Shown in pieces: positions 12,651 through 24,757 of a stretch of 64,000 nt of DNA (the stretch's first letter is position 1; the number at the start of each line of letters is the position of its first letter). The position numbers were made by a program, and so were the translations under genes. Location: contig NC_086097.1 in NCBI RefSeq assembly GCF_963921235.1, positions 164,302,001-164,366,000 on the forward strand, read 5' to 3'. The notes under the pieces were generated by a model that was not told where the DNA came from, made no database searches, and saw only the letters and a list, made by a program, of their open reading frames with translations. The DNA is from Mobula hypostoma. Lineage: Eukaryota.

Positions 12651-14727
12651 GAGTTACAAAATACAGTTGGACTAAGATGTTAACTGTCCTGTGCTATCAC
12701 CAGTGAGATCATCAGTTGATCTGCCACCTGTTAAAGCACCACCTCCCACTGGTGAGCTTAAAAACTTGGCATCTGCCTCTATCAGAGTTGTTGGTCACTT
12801 CTATCCAACACATAGTCTGCTCTTCAGCTGTCTATGCAACTACTGAAGGGTTTGCAAGATATGTCTACACTGTCTATCTGCCCCTCTGGACATATTTGGT
12901 CCACACCCATGCTGATCCTTTCTCTGCTGCCTCAGCTACAGCCCTGCTGGTTGACTTGATCTCTCTTCTAGTGAAGCCAAGGTCACGCAGCCACTTCTGG
13001 AAAGTGAACACAATAAACCCACGGCAGCCTACTTCGAATGGATAGCATGAGACCTTCCACCCTCTGTCTCTGCACTCTGATCTTAATTCTGCATACCTGG
13101 TTAACTTGCACTCATGGGCTTCATCGATGTTGTCTTCCCAGGGGACTGTGAATTCACCAATAACCACTTCTCTACTGGTGTCAGACCATACGATTATATC
13201 TGGACGCCATGTTATGAAAACTATTTGCTCCGGGAAACTGCCTTTCCCATCCCGGTCAGCCTCAACACACCAACCGTTGGCTGAAGAAAGTATGCTTGAT
13301 CGTGAGCCTGCGCTGTACACCCTTGATTTGGAGCCTTCTTTCACAAATGATATGCGATGTTCTGTGCAGCATGGGGCACAAGATAAGTTGTGCTGCAGTA
13401 CTCTCTGCTCAACCGCTTCTGTTACAACTTTGAGAACGTTGTTATGTCTCCAAGTGTACATGCCGCTGGAAAGATTGATTCTGCATGCCCTCAAGATATG
13501 TTGAATTGTTCCCTTCTCGCCACAAACAGCACACCTGTCTGGCTTATCTTCATACCAAGTGCTGAGGTTGGCAGGTGTTGGGAGCAGATCGTACGCTGCT
13601 CTGCATAGAAAAGAAATGCGGAGCGGTTCCATCTGCCACAGAACATCTGAAGATAGATGTCGTTGTTCAACACTTTCCCACCGGGTCCAAGCCCCTTGTT
13701 TGGCCAGGCCAGCTGATACTCCTCTTCTACCTCTCGTATTTCCTGTGTTACAAGCTCACGGCACTCCTTACCTGTAGAAGATGACCACCACTTGTGGGTT
13801 GTCCGTCCAAATCCCTGGCGGCCTAGCTGGATAGCCCCAGCCATCTCCTTGTGCTTCAATCTAGACTCTGCCTCATCAACTGCTACATGGGCTGACCACT
13901 TCCTGCCTGATCTCACATCCGGCTGGGTGTTCTTGATGACAGGGTCTTTTGAGTCTCGAAGCATCAAGAATGATCTTACCTTGGCTACCTTGACCTCCTC
14001 AACAAGGGATTGCACTGGGATGGTAAGCTTTGTCTGGCTACTGTGGGTTGCAACATTGGTGAGGCTGCTCGGTACTCCAAGCCACTTCTTCACATACTTG
14101 TTGATCTTCCGTTCCATTGCCTCAACATGGGACATTGCCACTTCATAGACAGTTAGTGGCCACATTATCCGTGGCATCAGTCCGTACTGCAAGCACCACA
14201 ACTTCAACTTGCCAGGCAAGCCACACTTGTCAACAGACATCAAACCTCTGTTGATCTGTTCTCCTGTCTCTTGAACCCTCTTGGTGTCTCTCAGCTCCTC
14301 TGTGTACCATCGCCTGAGGCTCTTAACTGATTGGTCCTGAATGGATGGAATCTCCTCTCCACAAAGGGTGAAATGAAAGTCAACCAACTTTCCTCTCCCA
14401 AGAACAAGGCTCTTTGACTTATTGGTCTTGAACTTCATTCTTCCCCAATCCATTAGCTCCTCGAGTCTAGATAGTACATTTTCCACTGCCTCCGTGCTGG
14501 GACCCAAAAGCGTAAGATCGTCCCTGAATGCTCGTATTGGTGGAAACTCCTCTCCACCATCAAGTGCGACACCTGGTCCCACTGATTCTGCAGCCCTCAC
14601 AATGACCTCCATGGCTAACACAAAAAGGATGGGTGAAATTGCACATCCCATTGGGATTCCAACATCCAAGCTCTGCCACCTAGTTGTAAACTGCTGAGTG
14701 GAAAATCTCATCCGGAAATCGTTATAG
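12651..14727 (-). mobile_element. HERO-clade (R2-group, restriction-like endonuclease) non-LTR retrotransposon, 5'-truncated and frameshifted
   Basis: RT GIPMGCAISPILF and AFRDD; CAVC..HILRAC knuckle, YTWRHN, RPDI..EFTVPWEDNIDEAHECK..YPFEVGCRGF; frameshift near 13715. Confidence 0.8.
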
Positions 14728-15212
14728 GACACTGAAAGACCTAGCAGAGGAAAGTCACAGCGGTCAGGTCTCTGGCACTGAGTCTGACTCTGCAACTCAG
14801 AAGAGAATTGGGGAGAAGAGGTGTGCTGTGGTGATAGGGGATTCGTTAGTTAGGGGAACAGAAGGTCTGTGGACGAGAACAAGATTCCCTGATGGTATGT
14901 TGCTTCCTGGGTACTAGGGTCCGGGAGTGAACACCCAGTGGTCATGGTTCATGTCGGTAGGAAGAGTGGCAAGCTTCTGCAAAGGAAGTTGAGAGAGTTA
15001 GGTGCTACGTTAAAAGGCAGGGTTGTAATCTCAGGATGTTTACCATGACACATGCCAGTGGGAGTCAGAAATAGGAAGATTATACATTTTAAAATATGGC
15101 TAAGGAGTTGGTGTCAGAGGAAGGGCATAAAATTTATAGATCATTGGGCTCTCTTCCAGGAAAGGTGGGATCTGCACAGGAGATATAGTTTGCACCTGAA
15201 CTAGAAAGGAAT
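14728..15212 (+). mobile_element. CR1 ORF1 (SGNH esterase) fragment
   Basis: gctgtggtgataggggattcgttagttagggga (AVVIGDSLVRG); homologous to 59400-59960 on the - strand. Confidence 0.75.
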
Positions 15213-15214
15213 TA

Positions 15215-15552
15215 GCAAATACAAAATGCTGGAGGAGCTCAGCAGGCCAGGCAGCATCTGTGGAAAAGAGGATTGTCAACATTTCAGGCCGAGACCCTTC
15301 ATCAGGACTAGAGGAGAAAAAGAGTTAGAGGGTGGGGGAGGGTAGAAAGAAGCACAAGGTGATAGGTGAAACCGGGAGTGGGGGGGAACAGGTGAAGTAA
15401 AGAGCTGGGAAGTTAAAGAGATACAGGGCTGGAAAAGGGGGAATCTGATAGGAGAGGACAGAAGGCCACAGAACAAAGAAAAGGGGTAGGAGCACCAGAG
15501 GGAAGTGATGGGCAGGTAAGGAGATAAGAATGAGAGAGGAAATGAGGAATGG
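15215..15552 (-). repeat. Penelope-like 3' end with hammerhead motif (15275-15308)
   Basis: Reverse complement tagtc-CTGATGA-agggtctcggcct-GAAA-tgtt-gac; purine-rich on +, mirrors 9080-9400. Confidence 0.8.
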
Positions 15553-16077
15553 TGAAGTTTGAAAGAGTATACAAAAAATTTACAAGGATGTTGCCTTGTA
15601 TGCATACGTATGCTGAATTATACAAGGAGGACCTGAGTTATAAGGAAAGATTGAGTAGGTTAGGACTTTATTCCTTGGAACTTAGAAAATTGAGAGGAGT
15701 TTTGGTAGAGGTCTACAAAATTATGAGGTCTATAAATAGGGTAAATGCAAGCAGGTTTTTTCCACTGAATTTGGGTGGGACTACAACCAGAAGTCATGGG
15801 TTAAGGGTGAAAGGTGAGATTTTTAAGAGGATCATGAGGGGAATCTTCTTCACTCAGAGGGTCATGACAATGTGGAACGAGCTGTCAGCACAAGTGGTGC
15901 ATGTGAGCCCAATTTCAACATTTAAGAGAAGGTTGAATAGATACGTGGACATTGGGGATATGGAGGGCTATGGACCTGGTGTAAGTCAATGGGAGTAGGC
16001 AGTTTAAATGGTTTGGCACTGACTAGATGGGCTGAATGGCCTATTTCTGTGCTGTACTTTTCTATGACTCTATGACC
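15553..16077 (+). mobile_element. CR1 3' fragment with (ctatgact) tail
   Basis: ORF 15549-15998 ERLSRLGLYSLE..FFTQRV; tail ctatgactctatgac. Confidence 0.85.
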
Positions 16078-16352
16078 TGAATAGAGTAGATGTGGAAAAG
16101 ATGTCCCTTTATTCTGAGGGTGTATCCTTTGATCCAAGACTCTCTAAACTAGGAGAATCTTGGATCAAAGGATACACCCTCAGAATAAAGGGACACCCCT
16201 TTAAAACTAAGATTACCAGATATTTCTAAAGGAAGAGGGTGGTGAATCTGTGGAATTTGTTGCCACAGAGGGCTTATGAAAGTGAAGGCCCTAGATGTTT
16301 ATAAGGCAGAGATTGTTATGTGCTCAATTTTTAAGGTATTTAAGGGTTATGG

Positions 16353-16654
16353 GGTGTTGGCGCGTGGCCAAATGGTTAAGGCATCGGTCTAGTGATCTGA
16401 AGGTCGCTAGTTCGAGCCTCAGCTGAGGCAGCATGTTGTTAAGCAAGGCACTTAACCACACATTGCTCTGCGACGACACCAGTGCCAAGCTGTATCGGCC
16501 CTAGTGCCCTTCCCTTGGACAACATCGGTGGTGTGGAGATGGGAGACGCAGCATGGGCAACTGCTGGTCTTCCATACAAACTTGCCCAGGCCTGCGCCCT
16601 GGAAACCTTCCAAGGTGCAAATCCATGGTCTCACGAGACTGACGGATGCCTATA
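16353..16654 (+). mobile_element. tRNA-derived SINE (CORE-like centre, RTE-like 3' end) with 12-bp TSD
   Basis: A box TGGCCAAATGG, B box GTTCGAGCC; TSD taagggttatgg at 16341-16352 and 16655-16666. Confidence 0.85.
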
Positions 16655-17886
16655 TAAGGGTTATGGAGAGAAGACAAGACAATGCAATTGAAAATATAAG
16701 CAATGATTAAATGGTGGAGCAGGATAAATGGACTGAATGGCTAGCTGTGCTCTTTTCCTCTCTTCTTGGAAAGATAATTTTATGTTTTCACTGATTGTCT
16801 TTCCCTATACTGTGCCTGACAATGTTGAGTGAAGTTAATCCTCGTGTAAAGTGTAACATCAGAAAATACCGTGGATAATAAAATTAAAACCTTTGCCTTT
16901 TTTCCTTGTGAAATGCGTCTATGGAGTTGAATTATTTTAATGCGTGACTAGATATCAGCCTTTGCAGATCTGAAGTCTATTTACACTCTCTCAAATATTT
17001 TTATCTAAATCCATCTCCTCTGGCTATAAAAATTGGGTTTATATTGATCTCTTTTATATTTTAATTTAATTATTTAGAACATGAGAACTAGGAGCTGGAA
17101 CAGATCATTGAGCTCCTAAGCCTACATCAACATTTAGGGTGATCATGGCACATCTTGTAGAACAGCACAGGAACAGGTCCCTCAGCCCACTATGTTATGC
17201 CAAACTAATGAAATTACTAATCAAATTTAGCCCAACTAAATTAATCTCTACTGCCTGCACAGTGTGCATTTCCTTCCATTTCCTGCACATTTATCTGCCT
17301 ATCTAAAAGGCTCTTTGTGTTGTATTTACCTCACCATCAACCTGACAGTGCATCCCAGGCACCTACCACTCTGTGTAAATAACCTGCTTTGCACACCTCA
17401 TTTGAACTTACCCTCTCTCACATTAAATGCATGCCTTCTGAAATTAGATACCTCAACTCTGGAAAACAATACTGGCTATCTACTCTGTTTATGAATCTCA
17501 TAATCTTATAAATCCATATCAGATCTCCCAGCAGACTCAGTTGCTTCAGTGGAAACAACTCAAGTTTGTCCATCTTCTACTGCCTTCTGATCCAGGCAAC
17601 ACCCTCTCCACAGCCTTGACATTCTTCTTATAAAGGGGCTACTAGAACTGAATGCAGTACTCTATGTGCAGTTTAACCAGAACTAGGTGTGATGCTGTTC
17701 CTATTCTTCTAAACTCTAAACAGTTGAAACCATTGTAAGATCCTCTATAATCTAAGATAAATCAGGATTCCAGTCTACCTTACAAAATGCTGGAGGAACT
17801 CAGCAGGCCAGGCAGCATCTATGGAAAAGAGTACAGTCGATGTTTCGGGACGAGACCCTTTGAGTTCCTCCAGCATTTTGTGTGTG

Positions 17887-18620
17887 TCACAAGATCACAA
17901 GACAAAGGAACAGAAGTAGGCCATTCGGCCCATCGAGTCTGCTCCGCAGCTCCCCCATGAGCTAAACTATTCACCCATCTAGTTCCAATTTCCAGCTTTT
18001 TCCCCATTTTCCTTGATGCCCTGACCAATTAGATACCCGTCAATCTCCTCCTTAAACACCCTCAATGATCGGGCCTCCACAGCCATATGTGGCAACAAAT
18101 TCCACAAATCCACGACCCTCTGGCTAAATAATTTCTCCTCATCTCTGTTTTAACTGGGTACTCTCTAATTCTAAGACGATGGCCTCTTGTCCTGGACTCA
18201 CCCATCAAGGGAAACAACCTTTCCACATCTGCTCTGTCCAACCCTTTCAACATTTGAAACGTTTCTACGAGATCCCCTCTCATTCTTCTATACTTTAATG
18301 AATACAATCCAAGAGCCGACAGACGCCCCTCATATGTTAGCCCCTGCATTCCAGGAATCATCCTCGTAAATCTTCTCTGAACTCTCTCCGACATCAGTAC
18401 ATCCTTTCTAAGACAGGGGGCTCAAAACTGCACACAGTATTCCAAATGAGGTCTCACTAATGCCCCATAGAGCCTCATCAACACCTCCTTACTCTTAAAC
18501 ACTATTCCTCTTGAAATGAATGCCAACATAGCATTCGCTTTCCTTACCGCCGATCCAACTTGGTGGTTAACCTTTAGGGTATCCTGCACGAGGACCCCCA
18601 AGTCCCTTTGCACTTCCGAT
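17887..18620 (-). mobile_element. 5'-truncated CR1 nested in a PLE terminal repeat
   Basis: ORFs 18062-18394 and 18422-18697 (LVRPHLEYCVQF); cacaagat tail; the PLE repeat resumes at about 18622. Confidence 0.88.
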
Positions 18621-19472
18621 ATGTCGCTTGGATTTCCAGCATCTGCGGATTTTCTCTTGTTTGTATTCCAGTCTACCTCCCCAGGCACCACATTCATGAC
18701 TCAGACCTCCACCTCTGCTGCTCGCTAGGGGTGGGGATGTTTAACCATTCCCTGTCACCTATCCACCCAATCCCAGCTCCCAGACTCTCAAATTTCTGCA
18801 GAAGATTCAGTGAGCCAAACCAATCAGGTCCCTGAATTGCTGCATTGAGAGAGCAGCAACTTACTGAGGTAAAACATACCACACGCATAACATTTGCACA
18901 ATTCAAATGTTTCTTTTAAAGTTGGCAATGTAGCTGAAAACTGTTTCTACCCCAAGAAATGAACATGTCCACTGACTTTTGCAAGTTATAACAACTAATT
19001 CAAGGAAATATTATTTTCCACAAACTTGAATGTCTTGCCTGCAAGTGCAGCTGGATATGTTTTGAAGATCCTCCTGCAGTTTAGGTGGAGCTTTATCATT
19101 TTGCTTCATCTTTCCTCACTGGGCAATGCCCTCATCTCGGAAACCACTGTAGTGAATTTTTTCCTACATTGCTTACCGTAAGTTGGGACAGTAGTTTCTT
19201 TGATGGAACTAAAACAGTACTCAGAACTCTGGATGCTGCTTTATTGAAGATACTTTATTTGTGGCAGGGATTGCAATAACACCATTAAATGGTGTACCTC
19301 CATGCTGACTTTCTGTGCTTTTCATGAGTCATTGCCAGGATCTCTCTGATCAGCAGCAGTCAGTTGTCCCACGTTATTTAAGATTCTGCAGATGCTGGAA
19401 ATCTAAAGAAACACAACCAAAATGCTGCAGGAACTCAGCAGGTCAGACAACATCTGTGGAGGGATATGAACA

Positions 19473-20205
19473 TCCTCCGTCTGGTTGCTTAATGCCCTGG
19501 CATGAAAATACCAATGCCTTTGGACTTAAACTCCTACAAGAAGGAGTGGATATGGCCAAGTCCATCACGGGTAAAGCCCTGCCCGCCATTGAGCACATTG
19601 ACGCAGAGCGCTGTCGCAGGAAAGCTGCATCCATCATCAAAGATACCCACCACCCAAGCCATGCTCATTTTGCTGCTGCCATCAGGAAGGAGCTTCTGGA
19701 ACTTCAGGACCAAAACTACCAGGTTCAGGAACAGTTATTGCCCCTCAGCCATCAGGCTCTTGAACTAGAGGGGATGACTTCACTCAACATCATTCTCACC
19801 ATTACTGAAATGTTCCCACAACCTATGGACTCACTTTCAAGGACTCTTCAGCTCATATTCTCAATATTTATTGCTTATTTATTTATTTAGTTTTTCTCCG
19901 CTCAAGCTGGTAAAACTTGAGGTATGGACATAGCCAAGCATACTTATTTCTCAATTGCTAGGAACTTTCAGGCTATCCTGGTGGGGTTTAATGTTGTGGC
20001 TCTCTGGATATGGATGTTGCTGTGTAGCCTTAATTGTTTAATACTTTTGTGTAGTGCCTTTGGGATGATACAAGCTGTGGTCTTTCATTGATTCTATTGT
20101 ATTTCTTGGATTTACTGTGTATGCCTGCAAGAAAATGAATCTCAGGGTTGTATGTGGTGACATGCAGTCCATCTATTTTGATAATAAAGTTACTTTGAAC
20201 TTTGA
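19473..20205 (+). mobile_element. Rex1/Babar-like LINE 3' fragment
   Basis: RRKAASIIKDTHHPSHA..LLPSGR..TTRFRNSY; ends aataaagttactttgaactttgaa. Confidence 0.7.
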
Positions 20206-21269
20206 ATAGTTAACTTTTCAGACTGAGATCGGGTGATCCTTTTGAAGAACTTTGACCTGTAAAGTTAATTGTTCATTTCCATCTATAGATGGTCCCTGAT
20301 TGCTGAATTCCTCCGGCAATCTGTGTAAGCTGCTCTTACTTTCTACCTATCTTCATTTTTCAATTATTGTTGTTATTACAGATTATATTGGTCATTGGGA
20401 ATTGGTATAAAACTGGTCAAAATCCTTTTTAAGAAACAGGACTCCAAGAAGGCACCAATACATGGGACAGGAGATACAGAAAGTTGCTTTTAACTTTATG
20501 CCGTTTCAATCCACATATCCACAACTTTATTTATGCAAGAAGCACCATTTATAACACCGTAGACTGCTGTATCCCATCTTTAGGTTGCAGAGATTAATAG
20601 GTCTGATGTGCGTTAAGGCAATCAAAGGATCTGGTGTTAGTGTAGAAAGTTACCACCAGGTCAAAGATCAGCCACAATCTGACTCAGTGATGGAACTGGC
20701 TCTGGAGATAGCAGCCTTCTTCCACTTCTTTCTTAAACTTGTAAATATTAGGGATTGATTAATACCCCAGCCAAGTCCATCTGTACCTCTCCTCCCTTTG
20801 GCCTTGCCTGCATAACTGTTTCTTTAAATCCTCCCAGTTTCTTACTTCCTTCTTTAGTGCAAGGGATCACTTAACGATGAAAGAAATGATTTTGACCTTT
20901 TGTTTTTCATTTGTGTTCATCTCAGTGAAATACTTTGACAACCTGTGTATTGTCCAAAAGGGTTGGGAAATAGGATTACAGTAGATTGCTTCAATTGAAA
21001 AGCTGGAACAGACATTGATACAATGGGCAAATTGCCTTTCGCTGTGCTGTACCTCTATGATTTCAAAATAGATTTTAAGATATTAATCTGTCTGGCTCTT
21101 AAAACTGTTTTAACCTTCTGGGCCTTTCCAAACATTTTTTTTGACATTTTAAACTTCATACCACAAACAATATTTTCACCAGATAAACAAGGCTTTCTTT
21201 CATTTTTAAACTGTAGCTTTAGTTATTTGATATGTTTATCAGTGCTTGTGTATTAGCATGAATATTTCT

Positions 21270-21500
21270 GTGTGCTGCAGTGTGTGCGTACATGAATTTG
21301 TGTCTGGGTAAGTATGTGTGCACATGAATTTGTGTATGTGTGGAGGGAGGTTATGTGTGTACATGTGTCTAAGAGAGTATGTATGTACGTTTGCAGACAC
21401 ACTCATGCCTCTCTTTATACTGATTGTGTGTGCCACTGTTTCTGCATGTGTGTGCCTTCCTGTATGTTGATCTCTATGCCTCTGTCTGCCTGTGACCATT
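21270..21500. repeat. Degenerate (TG)-rich low-complexity tract
   Basis: Repeated tgtgtg, tgtatg and catgaatttgtgt units. Confidence 0.7.
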
Positions 21501-22980
21501 GAGATTCAGTGTCTGTGTTTTAAGATATTGGCTGATTCCCAGCACACTTTTTACAATGGAGCTGAATTATGATTAATGACCAAGTTAAAGAGCAAGGTAT
21601 TTAGAAATGGCAGCAAAGGTAGTCGATCTTTGGCAGGAGACGACGAGCAAAGCTAAATCAATAAGATAGGTTAAGAGAACATGGATCCTCTTTTTATAAG
21701 TTATTTTCATGGTTGTAATTTGTTCAAAAATTAAAATGTAATCACCTAATTAACAAAGGCATCTTATTTGTTGGATCAGTGCCAGCAGCATTCTAATGAT
21801 ACATTAATGAAATCTTTTGTGGTAATCAATATGCTGATAGCAATTTACTCCTTTAATTTGACAGCAGTCAGGGTTGGCAGTGTGGTGTGCAGGGGGGCGG
21901 TGGGTGGGGGGAGAGAGGAAGATTTTACGGATTGCTCTCTCAGTAACTGTGCATCACAGGCCAAGTGCATTGAAATGTGATTTAAACCGACATGTAATAA
22001 TGTGAGGCCCCTTATCAGACTTTCACAGTTCCACTTTATTCATCCATTACCCATGAAATAATCACTCAGAGGTAGTGCTTATGGTATTTGAAGAGTTTCA
22101 AAGGCAACCAGTACACTTTTCCTTTTGTGGGGAAATCTTGCTTTGCCCAGTGAGATAATTAAAAGGGTAATAATAAACTGCCTCCATTTATTGACCAGGC
22201 CATCATAATCCCATGGGAACCATTCTACATAAAATGACAGCTCCCATACTATTCCTACCGTAGTTCTGAAGGATAAAGTGCATCAATATTCATTACCTTG
22301 GTTATTCTGCCTGTAGATCTGTTACATACGTTAATGAGTTGTGCATCACTTCGATATGATGTACCTAAAGAAATTCAAGCTGTGCTCTGGGATTGTAATA
22401 GGTGTGTGTATTTATATTAATCTGGGACCTGACTTTGCACACAATAGTGAAATCTGGCATTCATTACAATCGTATCTGCAGGAGATTTTGCATTGGACTT
22501 CAGAGAGTCATTTCAGGTAGCTCCTCACACATGAGATTCCATGTGTATGGACAAGACAAACAATTGTCTCTCCTTCACCTATCAGACTGTTGATTATTAA
22601 TGAGTAGCAGAGAGCCTGGATCAAATCTGTTTTCCATTTACTTCAGTATCAAAGCAGGTGCAGAAGGTAAAAGGAAATGAGGGAAAACAAAATGTAATGA
22701 AAGAAGGATAAATAGGGAAAAAAATTAAAGAATGTGATTTATTTAAAAATCTTCAGTCATAATTGACGAATGAAAGAAAGAAGTTCTGCACAATCTTCAG
22801 TGCTGGGGAAGATATTGTGTGCAAAGTCAGGCCCAGATCAACATCAGTAATTAAGACCTACTGTATGTTAACATTTTACGCAGGATAAAATGTAAATTCC
22901 CTAGCCATTGGTAGCATGTTAGTGGGTATAGAGCAGGAGCTTTAAGCTGTTGCAGAAGTGGTATTTAAGCAGTACTTAAC

Positions 22981-23205
22981 CATTGCCTCCCCCTAATGTA
23001 AGAAGAACGGTAGCCAGCAAGAAAGAACGACTCCGTCATGCATCAGATGAGAGGCACCCTCTACATGGTCATACACCTACACCCAGCCACCTAAAGTCAA
23101 GGAGGAGCTTCATGAACAGTGTTGTTCCATTACAATCAACCCCATCTGAAGCCCGCATCGCCTTGTGGAAACACCGGCTCGCCAGTCTGTTGCTGTCCTT
23201 GCCAA
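22981..23205 (+). mobile_element. Vingi/Ingi-like LINE fragment (post-RT region)
   Basis: PPPNVRRTVASKKE..DERHPLHGH..HLKSRRSF resembles the Vingi APPxIRR..HPL..RLKSRxxF motif (from memory). Confidence 0.55.
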
Positions 23206-23209
23206 ATTC

Positions 23210-24757
23210 AACAACAATAGACAATAGGTGCAGGAGTAGGCCATTTGGCCCTTCGAGCCAGCACCGCCATTCACTGTGATCATGGCTGATCATCCACAAT
23301 CAGTATCCAGTTCCTGCCTTATCCCCATAACCTTTGATTCCGCTATCTTTAAGAGTTCTATCCACCTCTTTCTTGAAAGCATCCAGAGATTTGGCCTCCA
23401 CAGCCTTCTGGGGCAGAGCATTCCATATAACCACCACTCTCTGGGTGAAAAAGTTTTTCCTCAACTCCGTTCTAAATGGCCTACCCCTTATTCTTAAATT
23501 GTGGCCTCTGGTTCTGGACTCACCCATCAGTGGGAACATGCTTCCTGCCTCCAACGTGTCCAATCCCTTAATAATCTTATACGTTTCAATAAGATCCCCT
23601 CTCAGCCTTCTAAATTCCAGAGTATACAAGCCCAGTCGCTCCAATCTTTCAAAATATGACAGTCCCACCATCCCGGGAATTAACCTTGTGAACCTACGCT
23701 GCACTACCTCAATAGCAAGAATGTCCTTCCTCAAATTTGGAGACCAAAACTGCACACAGTACTCCAGGTGTGGTCTCACCAGGGCCCTGTACAGTTGCAG
23801 AAGGACCTCTTTGCTCTTATACTCAATTCCTCTTGTTATGAAGGCCAGCATGTCATTAGCTTTCTTCACTGCCTGCTGTACTTGCATGCTTGCTTTCAGT
23901 GACTGATGTACAAGTACACCTAGATCTCGTTGTACTTCCCCTTTTCCTAACTTGACTCCATTTAGATAATAATCTGCCTTACCGTTCTTACCACCAAAGT
24001 GGATAACCTCACATTTATCCACATTAAACTGCATCTGCCCACTCACCCAGCCTGTCCAAGTCACCCTGCATTCTCATAACATCCTCCTCACATTTCACAC
24101 TGCCACATTGGTAAATTTGCTAATGTTACTTTTAATTCCCTCATCTAAATCATTAATATATATTGTAAACAGCTGCGGTCCCAGCACTGAACCCTGCGGT
24201 ACCCCACTGGTCACCACCTGCCATTCCGAAAGGGCCCTGTTAATCGCTACTCCTTGTTTTCTGTCAGCCAGCCAATTTTCAATCCATGTCAGTACTCTGC
24301 CCCCAATACCATGTGCCCTAATTTTACCCACTAATCTCCAATGTGGGACTTCATCAAAGGCTTTCTGAAAGTCCAGGTACACTGGCTCTCCCTTATCCAT
24401 TTTCATAGTTACATACTCAAAAAATTCCAGAAGATTAGTCAAGCACAATTTCCCCTTTGTAAATCCGTGCTGACCGATCCTGTTACTGCTATCCAGATGT
24501 GTCGTAATTTCATCTTTTATAATTGACTCCAGCATCTTCCCACCACTGACATCAGGCTAACCGGTCTATAATTCCCTGTTTTCTCTCTTCCTCCCTTCTT
24601 GAAAAGAGGGACAACATTAGCCACCCTCCAATCCACAGGAACGGATCCTGAATCTATAAAACATTGGAAAATGATTATCAATGCGTCCACGATTTCTAAA
24701 GCCACCTCCTTAAGTACCCTGGGATGCAGACCATCAGGTCCCGGGGACTTATCAGCC
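23210..24757 (-). mobile_element. Relatively young 5'-truncated CR1 LINE
   Basis: ORFs [41 protein letters not shown]; caatag tail. Confidence 0.92.

Noticed and set aside
13491..14795. 434-aa ORF as a complete protein with a novel N-terminus
   Set aside because: The first ~23 residues come from the adjacent antisense CR1 ORF1 piece, and the C-terminal ~70 are out of frame after the HERO frameshift.
16357..16430. tRNA gene
   Set aside because: A and B boxes belong to a SINE head bounded by a TSD; no closing acceptor stem or poly-T terminator.
23334..23906. Long + strand ORFs opposite CR1 and HERO (also 7312-7587, 13106-14697, 57933-58346)
   Set aside because: Antisense shadows of retroelement coding sequence with no independent protein signature.
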